A stretch of DNA of 57,418 nucleotides from an uncultured Bacteroidota bacterium (lineage in GTDB: Bacteria > Bacteroidota > Bacteroidia > Bacteroidales > WCHB1-69). Both the position numbers and the translations under genes were made by a program. Below are positions 28,581-38,321 of this stretch, in pieces; position 1 is the first letter of the stretch, and each line of letters opens with the position of its first letter. The stretch spans positions 1 through 57,418 of the forward strand of contig CADBTU010000036.1 in assembly GCA_902797625.1 (NCBI GenBank). Reading direction: 5' to 3'. The notes under the pieces were generated by a model. The model had not been told where the DNA came from and did no database searches. It saw nothing but the letters and a program-made list of their open reading frames with translations.

Positions 28581-29900
28581 ATGAATATGAAAAAAACTCC
28601 ATTTCCAGCAGAAATAGTTGATGAAATTGTTGCAGAAAGTGGCATAAAAGAAGTAGGTAAGGCATCAATTCGCGAAGTAAAACGCCTTATTAATGAAATA
28701 GAAAAGGCAACGGGTGACGAATTTGTTCGTATGGAGATGGGAATCCCAGGATTACCTCCATGTCATGTTGGTGTTGAAGCTCAAATAGATGCTCTTAAAA
28801 AAGGCGTAGCAGCAATTTATCCAGATATAGAAGGTATTCCTGAATTAAAGAAGGAAACTGCTCGTTTTGTTAAAAATTTTATAGACCTCGAAGTAAAACC
28901 TGAAAATTGTATTCCTACAGTTGGTTCTATGATGGGAGGAATGGCTGGATTTATGACTTTTGTGCGTTGCCGTAAAGAACGTGATACAACTCTTTTTATA
29001 GATCCTGGTTTTCCTGTTCAAAAGCAACAGCACCGTGTTATGGGATTGAAATATGAAACGTTTGATGTATATAACTTCCGAGGATCAAAACTCCGTGCAA
29101 AATTAGAAAGTTATTTAGAAAAAGGTAATGTACACACAATAATGTATTCAAATCCTAACAACCCTTCTTGGATCTGTTTTACCGAAGAGGAGCTACAAAT
29201 AATTGGTGATGTGGCTAATAAATACGATGTTTTTGTCTTTGAAGACCTTGCTTATTTCGGTATGGACTTCCGTCAAAATATCTCGGCTCCAGGTATGCCG
29301 CCATATCAACCAACTGTAGGTAAATATACCGATAATTATGCGCTTTTAATATCTGGTTCAAAAGCGTTTAGCTATGCTGGTGAACGTATTGCATTGATGG
29401 TGATGTCAGACAAGTTGTTTAATAGAGAATTTTCTGATTTAGAACCTTATTTCAAGATGACAAAACTTGGAAGAGCTATTATCTATGGCACTGTTTATGC
29501 AATTAGCTCAGGTGTTTCCCATTCCGCACAATATGCAATGGCAGCAATCTTAAAAGCTTGTAACGATGGTACCTATAATTATATTGAAGATGTTCGAGAA
29601 TATGGAGAAAAAGCAGCTATTATGAAAAAACTTTTTACAGATAATGGCTTCGAAATAGTTTATGATAAAGATGGCGACAAGCCATTAGCTGATGGATTCT
29701 ATTTCACAGTTGCATATCCAGGTATGAGTAGCGATGAACTTCTTCGTGAGTTTCTATATTATGGCGTTAGTGCTATATCTTTGAGTACTTGCGGTAGTGA
29801 GCGAACAGAAGGTCTTCGTGCCTGTGTCTCTCTAACCCCAAGATCTCAATTCCCAATTTTAGAAGAACGTCTAAAACTTTTCAGAGAAAATCATAAATAA
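28581..29900 (+). CDS. Class I/II PLP-dependent aminotransferase
   Basis: About 439 aa with aminotransferase-fold regions (MEMGIPGLPP, YSNPNNPSW, SGSKAFSYAGERIA). The track start at 28575 is TTG. ATG at 28581 or 28587 is preferred. Confidence 0.8.
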   Translation: MNMKKTPFPAEIVDEIVAESGIKEVGKASIREVKRLINEIEKATGDEFVRMEMGIPGLPPCHVGVEAQIDALKKGVAAIYPDIEGIPELKKETARFVKNFIDLEVKPENCIPTVGSMMGGMAGFMTFVRCRKERDTTLFIDPGFPVQKQQHRVMGLKYETFDVYNFRGSKLRAKLESYLEKGNVHTIMYSNPNNPSWICFTEEELQIIGDVANKYDVFVFEDLAYFGMDFRQNISAPGMPPYQPTVGKYTDNYALLISGSKAFSYAGERIALMVMSDKLFNREFSDLEPYFKMTKLGRAIIYGTVYAISSGVSHSAQYAMAAILKACNDGTYNYIEDVREYGEKAAIMKKLFTDNGFEIVYDKDGDKPLADGFYFTVAYPGMSSDELLREFLYYGVSAISLSTCGSERTEGLRACVSLTPRSQFPILEERLKLFRENHK

Positions 29901-29922
29901 CACCTTCTTAGGGTTTATAAAT

Positions 29923-31086
29923 ATGACTTATAAAAACCAATACGATAATATGCCTTCTCCGTGTTATATCCTATCGGAGGAGGCATTGTTGGCTAATCTT
30001 CATTTGTTGGATATAGTACAAAAGGAGACTGGAGTCAAAATTATTTGCGCTTTGAAAGGATATGCCTTTTGGCCTTCTTTTCCCCTGATTAGAGAATATC
30101 TTTCTGGTGCTACAGCAAGCTCTCTTAATGAGGCTCGACTCATTGCAGAAGAGATGGGGTGCGAAGCTCATACATACGCTCCTGTATATACTGATGATGA
30201 TTTTGAACAGATATTAACCTATAGTAGCCATTTGACTTTCAACTCTTTGTCTCAATATGAAAGATTTATACAAATAGTTAACAAATTTCCGAAAAAAGTA
30301 AGCCTTGGTCTTAGGATAAATCCAGAATACTCTGAGATTGAGACAGAACTGTACAACCCTGCGGTTCCAGGTTCGCGTTTGGGAATTTTGCGAGATTCTT
30401 TACCTAATGTGCTCCCAAAAAGTATAGAAGGTTTGCATTTTCACGTTCTGTGTGAAAACGATAGTTACGCGCTTGAAAGATGTCTTAATGCAGTTGAAGA
30501 GAAATTCTCAAACCTTATTAAGCAATGTAAATGGTTTAATATGGGTGGTGGTCATCATATAACCCGCGCAGACTATAATATTCCTCATTTAATTTCACTA
30601 CTTAAAGATTTTAAATTACGTTATCCAAATCTCGAAGAGATAATTCTTGAACCAGGCGAAGCTGTAGGATGGCAAACAGGTGTGCTAACGTCAACAGTTG
30701 AAGATATTGTTGAAAATAAAGGTGTTAAAATAGCAATGCTAAATATTTCTTTTGCTTGCCATCTGCCAGATTGTTTAGAAATGCCATATAAACCTACAGT
30801 ACTTGGAGCTTCCGAACCAAATCTTGAAAGTAAACATATTTATCGACTTGGTGGTTGCTCTTGTTTAGCAGGTGATTTTATAGGAATGGGCGACTTTGCA
30901 TTTTCAGAACCACTTGAAATTGGCGATACTATAGTTTTTGACGATATGATTCATTATACGATGGTTAAAACAACTTTTTTCAATGGCGTTAATCATCCAT
31001 CTATAGGTGTTATTCACCCTGATGGTGAGTTTGAACTACTCTCTCAACCAGGAGATTATTTTTCTTATAAGGCAAAATTGGGTTGA
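29923..31086 (+). CDS. nspC: Carboxynorspermidine/carboxyspermidine decarboxylase
   Basis: 387 aa with the alanine-racemase-fold decarboxylase layout. Motifs are SPCYILSEEAL, FNMGGGHHI, EPGEAVG and GGCSCLAGD, typical of the NspC family. Confidence 0.85.
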   Translation: MTYKNQYDNMPSPCYILSEEALLANLHLLDIVQKETGVKIICALKGYAFWPSFPLIREYLSGATASSLNEARLIAEEMGCEAHTYAPVYTDDDFEQILTYSSHLTFNSLSQYERFIQIVNKFPKKVSLGLRINPEYSEIETELYNPAVPGSRLGILRDSLPNVLPKSIEGLHFHVLCENDSYALERCLNAVEEKFSNLIKQCKWFNMGGGHHITRADYNIPHLISLLKDFKLRYPNLEEIILEPGEAVGWQTGVLTSTVEDIVENKGVKIAMLNISFACHLPDCLEMPYKPTVLGASEPNLESKHIYRLGGCSCLAGDFIGMGDFAFSEPLEIGDTIVFDDMIHYTMVKTTFFNGVNHPSIGVIHPDGEFELLSQPGDYFSYKAKLG

Positions 31087-31472
31087 TGACATATACTATT
31101 AAAGTTCGAAATGATGGTTTCAAAAGTGAAATCTTTGATCCTGTAAGAAAAATATGGGTGATTAAAACCCCAGAAGAAGAGGTTAGACAAAAATTTATAC
31201 TCTATCTTTTGAATGTAAAAAAAATCCCACTCTCACATATCTCTGTTGAACATGGCGTGTTAATAAATGGTACAATGAAACGCTATGATATTGTTGTTTT
31301 TGATGAAAATCTTAAGCCATATTTAGTTGTTGAATGTAAGGCTCCAGAAATAAAATTAACGCAAAAGGTCCTCGATCAAGCTGGAAGATATAATTCAGCT
31401 TTGCGAGCACCGTTCATTTGTATTACAAATGGCTTAGATGTAAAATTTTTTTCAGTTGTAGATGGCAAATAA
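31086..31472 (+). CDS. Stand-alone type I restriction enzyme HsdR N-terminal-like (PD-(D/E)xK fold) protein
   Basis: 128 aa with IFDPVRKIWVIKTPEEEVRQ, RYDIVVF...YLVVECKAP (a D...ExK motif) and ITNG. The ATG overlaps the nspC TGA by 1 nt (TGATG). Confidence 0.7.
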   Translation: MTYTIKVRNDGFKSEIFDPVRKIWVIKTPEEEVRQKFILYLLNVKKIPLSHISVEHGVLINGTMKRYDIVVFDENLKPYLVVECKAPEIKLTQKVLDQAGRYNSALRAPFICITNGLDVKFFSVVDGK

Positions 31473-31689
31473 TTGTTTGTCCACGTAACGAGATGTTTGC
31501 ATTATTTTGGATTTTAACGCATGTACGACCATAGGTTACATTCGACACACAGCTACTCTTATTGGCGGGCAGGGGGGCCATGAAAAAGCCAATGTTTCTA
31601 CAAAGTGTAGAGGATTTCTCAGTAGTGGATATGTTTATGAGACTGTTGTTTTGTATTTGTTTTTTTTGCATTTTTGCAGTTTATAGTCA

Positions 31690-33867
31690 ATGAAAATATT
31701 TAAAAAGATTTATATGAAAAAAAGTTTACTATTTACCATTGTTTTTTCGATTTTATTCGCTTGGGTGCGTGCTGACGGAGGAATGTGGATCCCCATCTAT
31801 TTAAGTCAAAATGAAGCAGAAATGCAACAACTCGGGTTCCACCTTACCGCGGATGATATTTACAGCATAAATCATAATAGTATGAAAGATGCTATCGTTC
31901 TTTTTGGATCAGGTTGCACCGCAGAATTGATTTCTAATCAAGGGCTTCTTTTAACAAACCATCATTGCGGATACTCTTACGTTCAGTCGCATAGCACGAT
32001 GGAACATAATTACCTTCGCGATGGCTTTTGGGCGAAAAATTTAAGTGAGGAGATTCCAATGGAAGGACTAACAGTAACATTTTTAGCTTATATGGAAGAT
32101 GTTACAAACCAAATACTTGATGGTGTGAATGACGATATGACAGACTCAAAACGCCAACTTACTATCAAAGATAATATGCAAAAAGTTATCTTTAAAGCTA
32201 CTGATGGTACTAACTATAAGGCTATAATAAAACCATTCTATTATGGCAATCAATATTTTATGTTTGTAACGGAAACATATAGCGATATTCGTCTTGTGGG
32301 TGTTCCGCCTGAAAGTATTGGTAAGTTTGGTGGCGATAGCGACAACTGGATGTGGCCACGCCATACTGGTGATTTCTCACTATATAGAATATATACAAGC
32401 AAAGACGGAAAACCTGCAGAATATAGCAAAGACAATATTCCAATGACTCCAAAACAGTTTTTTCCAATTTCTATAAAAGGTGTTGAAGAAAATGATTTTA
32501 CACTGGTTTTCGGTTATCCTGGCACAACAAGACAGTTTTTGATTTCCGATGGTGTTAATGCTGTAGCTAATATTCAAAATCCTATTGCTATTCAAGCTCG
32601 TACTATTCGTTTGGATGCTATGAAAAAAGAGATGAATAAAGACCCGCGAATCCGTCTTATGTACTCTGCTAAAGCTAATGGAATATCAAACGGATGGAAA
32701 AAATGGCAAGGTGAGAGCAAAGGAATTCGTGAGTGTAATGTGATTGAAAAGAAACAACAACAAGAAGATGATTTTCAAAAATGGGTTAATGTTGATAAAA
32801 ATAGAACCTCTTCATACGGGAATCTTCTACAAGATATGAAAAATATCTATTCTAAGTATAATAATCATCTCCAAGAAGTAACTTATATCAATGAATGTTT
32901 TTTTGGAGTTGAACTAATTGAAGAAGTCGTTTATCCTTACATGAGCAAACTTTTTGATAAGGATAATATCACAGATGAGGTACGAAAACAGATTATTAAT
33001 AACGATAAATCATTTCGAGCTGAATATTATGCCCCAATAGACAAAGAGTGTTTTGTGGAATTGATGACATTCTATTTTACCTCAGAAAAACCAAGTAATA
33101 TCCCTTCCAATTTACAGAAATATATTAAGGATGAGAAAACACTGCGTCAGATAATGGCAACTATTTGGGATAATAATATTTCTAAAGCCCCTTATTTTGC
33201 TGATGGCGAAAAATATCGTGATTTTGTTGCTAAGGCTACACCGAAACAGATTTCAAAAACATCAAGCAATGAATTAGTATTCATTTATCAAGAGTTATTC
33301 TCACATTATGCTTCAGCCGTAACTCTTTATCGTTCTGAAAATACAGAACTTGATAAGTACTATCGTACATACGTTAAAGCTTTGATGGAAAAAGATAAAG
33401 ATAAAATTTTTTATCCTGATGCCAACCTTACTATGAGAGTAACTTACGGTCAAGTTAAAGGTTTTAATCCCGCTGATGGAGTCAAATATGTGCACTATAC
33501 TACTATTGATGGAATTATGGAAAAAGAGGACCCAGATGTTTATGACTACCAGGTTCATCCTCGTCTTAAAGAACTTTGGCAAAAGAAAGATTATGGTAGG
33601 TATGCCGATAAAAATGGTCAACTCCCAGTAGCTTTTATAGCAAGCAACCATACAACTGGAGGAAACTCTGGAAGTCCAGTAATAAATGGTTACGGACAAC
33701 TCGTAGGGACTAACTTTGATAGAGTTTGGGAAGGTACTATGAGCGATATTTATTATGATGTTAACCGTTGTAGAAATATAAGCTTAGACGCTCGCTACTT
33801 TCTTTTTATAGTTGATAAGTTTGCTGGTGCACAGAATATTCTTGATGAGTTAAAAATTATTGAATAA
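31690..33867 (+). CDS. S46-family dipeptidyl-peptidase (DPP7/DPP11-like)
   Basis: DGGMWIP follows the signal peptide. The catalytic His is in LLTNHHCG and the catalytic Ser in TTGGNSGSPV. ATG 31714 (MKKSLLF...) is a plausible alternative start. Confidence 0.9.
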   Translation: MKIFKKIYMKKSLLFTIVFSILFAWVRADGGMWIPIYLSQNEAEMQQLGFHLTADDIYSINHNSMKDAIVLFGSGCTAELISNQGLLLTNHHCGYSYVQSHSTMEHNYLRDGFWAKNLSEEIPMEGLTVTFLAYMEDVTNQILDGVNDDMTDSKRQLTIKDNMQKVIFKATDGTNYKAIIKPFYYGNQYFMFVTETYSDIRLVGVPPESIGKFGGDSDNWMWPRHTGDFSLYRIYTSKDGKPAEYSKDNIPMTPKQFFPISIKGVEENDFTLVFGYPGTTRQFLISDGVNAVANIQNPIAIQARTIRLDAMKKEMNKDPRIRLMYSAKANGISNGWKKWQGESKGIRECNVIEKKQQQEDDFQKWVNVDKNRTSSYGNLLQDMKNIYSKYNNHLQEVTYINECFFGVELIEEVVYPYMSKLFDKDNITDEVRKQIINNDKSFRAEYYAPIDKECFVELMTFYFTSEKPSNIPSNLQKYIKDEKTLRQIMATIWDNNISKAPYFADGEKYRDFVAKATPKQISKTSSNELVFIYQELFSHYASAVTLYRSENTELDKYYRTYVKALMEKDKDKIFYPDANLTMRVTYGQVKGFNPADGVKYVHYTTIDGIMEKEDPDVYDYQVHPRLKELWQKKDYGRYADKNGQLPVAFIASNHTTGGNSGSPVINGYGQLVGTNFDRVWEGTMSDIYYDVNRCRNISLDARYFLFIVDKFAGAQNILDELKIIE

Positions 33868-33912
33868 CGTTTTTTTTGATTTAATATTCAAGTATTAGAA
33901 AAATTTTTAGTT

Positions 33913-35277
33913 TTGATATCATTCGAAGATATAGATAAATATTCAGTGTGGTATAACATTTTAATGCGCTTTTTATGTTTTGCCCACAATGGAGTATATT
34001 ATCGTAGATTTGTTGTAAAAAATAGCGAAAATATTCCTCAGCAAGGAATGCCAACATTAATTATTGCAAACCATCAGAATGGTATGATGGACGCAATGGC
34101 TATTCTTCATACTCTATATAGAATAGATAAAAGACAGCCCGTTTTTATAGCTCGAGGTGATATTTTTAAGAAAGATAGCGTTGCAAAAGTCTTACGGTTT
34201 CTTAAAATATTGCCTGTTTTTAGGAATCGTGACGGCAGAAGAGAGGATATTAAAAAAGACCTTGATATATTTAACATAGCTGCCAAAGTGCTTTGTAATA
34301 ATGGGACTTTGGTTATCTTTCCCGAAGCTGGTCACCAACAAGGTCATTATTTGAGCACCTTTAAGAAGGGTTTTCCAAGGATAGCCTTTACAGCTGAAGA
34401 ATTGAAAGACTTTAAGCTCGGTGTTCAAATTTTACCTATAAATATTCACTACTCAAACTATTTTGAATTTCGTAGCGATTTAGTAGTTACTTGCGGAAAA
34501 CCTTTTTCTTATGATGAATTTTTTGAAATCTACAAGGAATCACCTAACCAAGCTTATATAAATCTTAACGAAAAAGCAAGATTTATAGTTAAATCGATGA
34601 CTCCTGATATTGATATTCCTGAGTATTACTCTGAAATAGACGCAATTACACAAATTGTTTCTGAACATCTTCTCAAAAGAAAAGGACTGGTTAACTACGG
34701 TCTGTCTGATAAAAAAGATTCTTCTATGGAGATTATTGCAGCAGTTAGAAATCTGCGCGATGATAGAGTTGAAGATTTTGAAAAATTGATGTTTATTACT
34801 AAAGAATACTTATGTTTATTGAAAGAAAAGTCTATTACAGATTGGGCAGTAAATCGAGAAATATCTAAACATAAGTTAATTCTTTATGTATTGATGCTGA
34901 TAGTAGCCTCTCCATTTGCACTTTTTGGACTAATAAACAATTTTATTCCATCTACACTATTGAATACTATCGTAGGTAAGATAAAAGATCCAATGATGCG
35001 TTCTACATTCCAATATGCTATTGGTACGGCCATTGTTATTCCTATTTGGTATTTAATCCTGTTGATTTTAGTAAGTGTTTTGTCTAAAAGTTTTGTTTTT
35101 GGTTTAACTTACGCAATTTTCTCAGGAATTTGTGGTCTATTTTATAGAAGTTATAAGAGAAATTTTGGAAAAATGCTTTCAGTTATTCGCTTAAAAAGTA
35201 TAAAAAGAGAAACATTCAATAAGACGTCTGCTCTGAAATCAAATATTATTAGCCTTGTTGAGTCTGTTCTTTTTTGA
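33913..35277 (+). CDS. PlsC-family acyltransferase with C-terminal membrane extension
   Basis: The HX4D motif is IANHQNGMMDA, and FPEAGHQQG is also present. The C-terminal ~130 aa contain 2-3 TM segments. The start is uncertain: TTG 33913 keeps the conserved-looking ISFEDIDKYS, and the next ATG is at 33964. Confidence 0.7.
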   Translation: MISFEDIDKYSVWYNILMRFLCFAHNGVYYRRFVVKNSENIPQQGMPTLIIANHQNGMMDAMAILHTLYRIDKRQPVFIARGDIFKKDSVAKVLRFLKILPVFRNRDGRREDIKKDLDIFNIAAKVLCNNGTLVIFPEAGHQQGHYLSTFKKGFPRIAFTAEELKDFKLGVQILPINIHYSNYFEFRSDLVVTCGKPFSYDEFFEIYKESPNQAYINLNEKARFIVKSMTPDIDIPEYYSEIDAITQIVSEHLLKRKGLVNYGLSDKKDSSMEIIAAVRNLRDDRVEDFEKLMFITKEYLCLLKEKSITDWAVNREISKHKLILYVLMLIVASPFALFGLINNFIPSTLLNTIVGKIKDPMMRSTFQYAIGTAIVIPIWYLILLILVSVLSKSFVFGLTYAIFSGICGLFYRSYKRNFGKMLSVIRLKSIKRETFNKTSALKSNIISLVESVLF

Positions 35278-35299
35278 GAATAATTATTGGATTTTTTTG

Positions 35300-35307
35300 T
35301 ACTTTTG
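35300..35307 (+). promoter_or_regulatory. Bacteroidota -7 promoter box TACTTTTG
   Basis: Matches TAnnTTTG, 24 nt upstream of ATG 35331. Confidence 0.45.
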
Positions 35308-35330
35308 CAGCCTCATTAATGTAAAAAGAT

Positions 35331-37478
35331 ATGCGACCTGATTTTAGTAATGTCGATTTTAAAAATGTTCCACAAGGAGATAGAAATTTTTCTCAGTGGG
35401 CTAAAGATAATAATGTGATATCCAATTGGATGACTTCAGAGCAGATACCTGTAAAGCAAGTTTATGGGGCAGATGATTTGCTCGGAATGGAACATTTAAA
35501 CTATGCTTCTGGTTTACCTCCATATTTACGCGGACCATATTCGATGATGTATGTTTTCCGTCCTTGGACTATCAGACAATATGCAGGATTTTCTACAGCA
35601 GAAGAGTCTAATGCTTTCTATCGTAGAAATCTTGCCGCAGGCCAGAAAGGTTTGTCTGTTGCTTTTGACCTTGCTACGCATCGCGGATACGACTCTGACC
35701 ATCCACGCGTTGTTGGCGATGTGGGAAAAGCAGGTGTGGCGATAGATTCTATTCTTGATATGAAGATTCTCTTCGACCAGATACCTCTTGATAAGATGTC
35801 TGTTTCTATGACAATGAATGGTGCTGTACTTCCAGTGTTAGCTTTTTATATAATTGCTGCTGAAGAACAAGGTGTTACTTTAGACCAACTTTCAGGCACA
35901 ATTCAAAACGATATTCTTAAAGAGTTTATGGTCCGAAATACCTATATATATCCTCCATCTCATTCAATGAAGATTATTGCGGATATATTTGAATATACTT
36001 CAAAGAATATGCCTAAGTTTAACTCTATTTCAATTTCTGGGTATCACATGCAAGAGGCTGGTGCAACAGATGATATTGAGTTAGCATATACTCTTTCCGA
36101 TGGTCTTGAGTATCTTCGTGCGGGTGTTAATGCAGGTATGAGCGTTGATGATTTTGCCCCACGCCTATCATTCTTCTGGGCTGTAGGTATGAACCATTTT
36201 ATGGAAATAGCAAAAATGCGTGCAGCTCGTATGTTGTGGGCAAAAATTGTTAAACAATTTAATCCGCAAAATCCAAAATCTATGGCTTTGCGTACTCATT
36301 CTCAAACTTCAGGTTGGTCTCTCACAGAACAAGACCCGTTTAATAATGTTTGTCGTACATGTGTTGAAGCTATGGGTGCTGCGTTAGGACACACTCAATC
36401 GCTTCACACTAACGCCCTTGATGAAGCTATTGCCTTGCCTACTGATTTCTCAGCACGTATCGCTCGTAATACACAAATTTATATTCAAGAGGAAACTCAA
36501 GTGTGCCGTTCGATAGATCCTTGGGCAGGTTCCTATTATATTGAAAGTTTAACACATCAAATTGCTCATCGAGCATGGGAGCACATTCAGGAAATTGAAT
36601 CTCTCGGCGGTATGGCAAAAGCTATCGAAACAGGTATTCCCAAAATGCGTATTGAAGAAGCTTCTGCTCGCAAACAAGCTCGTATCGATTCTGGTAAGGA
36701 GGCCATCATAGGTGTTAGTAAATATAAGTTAGACAAAGAATCTCCAATTGAGACTTTAGAAGTTGATAATACAACAGTTCGCGAAGCCCAAATTAAACGT
36801 CTTGCTGAACTTAAAGCTAATAGAAATGAAAATGAGGTTCAGGCTGCCCTTAACGCTCTTACAGAGTGTGCTTCCTCTGGAAATGGCAACCTCTTAGATC
36901 TCTCTATTAAAGCAGCTCGTGTTCGCGCTTCTCTCGGCGAAATTTCTATGGCACTCGAAAAAGTTTATGGTCGTTATAAAGCAAAAATAAATCTTATATC
37001 TGGCGTGTATAGTAAAGAACAACAAGATAATGCTTCATTCAAAGAAGCGTGCGATAAATGTAATGAATTTGCTCGCAAAGAAGGCCGTCGCCCTCGTGTT
37101 ATGGTTGCTAAAATGGGACAAGATGGCCACGATCGCGGTGCTAAAGTTGTAGCAACTGGCTATGCTGATATTGGCTTTGATGTTGATATGGGACCTCTTT
37201 TCCAAACTCCAGAGGAGGCTGCTAAGCAGGCTGTTGAAAATGATGTGCATATAATGGGGGTATCTTCTCTCGCCGCAGGACACAAAACCCTTGTACCTCA
37301 AGTAATTGCAGAACTTAAAAAATTGGGCAGAGAAGATATTGTGGTTGTGGTAGGTGGCGTAATTCCTCCTCAAGATTATGATTTTCTTTACGAATGTGGC
37401 GTTGCTGCTATTTTTGGACCAGGAACTCGTATCGCCGACTCCGCTAACGCAATGCTTGATATCCTTATGGCTGAATAA
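35331..37478 (+). CDS. scpA: Methylmalonyl-CoA mutase, large (catalytic, B12-binding) subunit
   Basis: 715 aa with the mutase barrel (RIARNTQ region) and a C-terminal cobalamin-binding domain carrying [13 protein letters not shown] (DxHxxG). Confidence 0.95.
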   Translation: MRPDFSNVDFKNVPQGDRNFSQWAKDNNVISNWMTSEQIPVKQVYGADDLLGMEHLNYASGLPPYLRGPYSMMYVFRPWTIRQYAGFSTAEESNAFYRRNLAAGQKGLSVAFDLATHRGYDSDHPRVVGDVGKAGVAIDSILDMKILFDQIPLDKMSVSMTMNGAVLPVLAFYIIAAEEQGVTLDQLSGTIQNDILKEFMVRNTYIYPPSHSMKIIADIFEYTSKNMPKFNSISISGYHMQEAGATDDIELAYTLSDGLEYLRAGVNAGMSVDDFAPRLSFFWAVGMNHFMEIAKMRAARMLWAKIVKQFNPQNPKSMALRTHSQTSGWSLTEQDPFNNVCRTCVEAMGAALGHTQSLHTNALDEAIALPTDFSARIARNTQIYIQEETQVCRSIDPWAGSYYIESLTHQIAHRAWEHIQEIESLGGMAKAIETGIPKMRIEEASARKQARIDSGKEAIIGVSKYKLDKESPIETLEVDNTTVREAQIKRLAELKANRNENEVQAALNALTECASSGNGNLLDLSIKAARVRASLGEISMALEKVYGRYKAKINLISGVYSKEQQDNASFKEACDKCNEFARKEGRRPRVMVAKMGQDGHDRGAKVVATGYADIGFDVDMGPLFQTPEEAAKQAVENDVHIMGVSSLAAGHKTLVPQVIAELKKLGREDIVVVVGGVIPPQDYDFLYECGVAAIFGPGTRIADSANAMLDILMAE

Positions 37479-37486
37479 CTTTTAAA

Positions 37487-38320
37487 ATGAATATATTCTC
37501 TTCTCTAAGAAGAAAAATATTATTCTTTCTTGTAGTTTGTCTTATGATAGTATCTTCGCTGTTCGGACAAACTACAACTTTGTATAAAATATCACCAAAA
37601 GAATATTCTAATACTGCAGTTATTATCTGTCCTGGTGGTAGCTACTATTGGTTAGATATGAAATCGGAAGGCAAAATTGTTGCTGAATGGCTTTCTGAAA
37701 ATAATATATCTGCTTATGTGTTAAAATACCCCACTTCCAGTTGGTTGTCTTTTTTCTTTCATATCAGAAGTCCATATAGAAGTCAATATCCCGCACAATT
37801 AGAATCACTAAAGGAAGCGTTAAAAATAGTTAAAAATGAAGGCTTTGAAAATGTAGGTGTTATGGGCTTTTCTGCTGGTGGACACCTTGCTGTAAACTCC
37901 GCTGTTTCTATTAAAGATTCTTTAGCTCCAGATTTCGTTACCGCAATATATCCTGTTGTTACTATGAAATCACCTTATGTGCACAAACGATCCCGAAGAG
38001 GCTTATTAGGTGAAAGACGCTCTAAAAAAACTTGTATGCAAGATTCTCTATCATTAGAACTTCATGCTGAAAAGATCTCTTGTCCGCTATTTTTGGTGAA
38101 TTGTAAAGACGACAAAACAGTAGATTATCGAAATTCTGAATTACTTTATAATGCAATGTTAAAAAATCCTAACTCCAAAATTACTTATATCCAATTTAAT
38201 ACAGGCGGACATGGTTTTGGAGCTGACGACTCAAAAGCTAATGAAGAAGCAATTCTTTGGAAAGAAAGCTGGATTTTATGGCTTAAGGAAAACATCAATT
38301 TCAAGATTTTACAAAAATAG
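37487..38320 (+). CDS. Alpha/beta hydrolase (esterase/lipase-like, secreted)
   Basis: 277 aa with a signal peptide, the nucleophile elbow GFSAGGHLA and a C-terminal GGHGF. Confidence 0.75.
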   Translation: MNIFSSLRRKILFFLVVCLMIVSSLFGQTTTLYKISPKEYSNTAVIICPGGSYYWLDMKSEGKIVAEWLSENNISAYVLKYPTSSWLSFFFHIRSPYRSQYPAQLESLKEALKIVKNEGFENVGVMGFSAGGHLAVNSAVSIKDSLAPDFVTAIYPVVTMKSPYVHKRSRRGLLGERRSKKTCMQDSLSLELHAEKISCPLFLVNCKDDKTVDYRNSELLYNAMLKNPNSKITYIQFNTGGHGFGADDSKANEEAILWKESWILWLKENINFKILQK

Positions 38321-38321
38321 T

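Noticed and set aside
31423-31671. 82-aa minus-strand ORF covering the nspC-downstream spacer.
   Set aside because: It overlaps the end of the HsdR_N-like gene in antisense and has no coding-like composition. The G/C-rich hairpins are reported as a possible RNA element instead.
35278-35330. Possible cobalamin riboswitch upstream of the B12-dependent mutase.
   Set aside because: The spacer is only 53 nt and holds a promoter box. It is far too short for a cobalamin riboswitch, and no B12-box-like sequence is seen.
38211-38321. N-terminal extension of the PaaK-like ligase.
   Set aside because: It overlaps the last 110 nt of the esterase gene in another frame. ATG 38322 follows the esterase stop by 1 nt, and the family-like sequence starts there.
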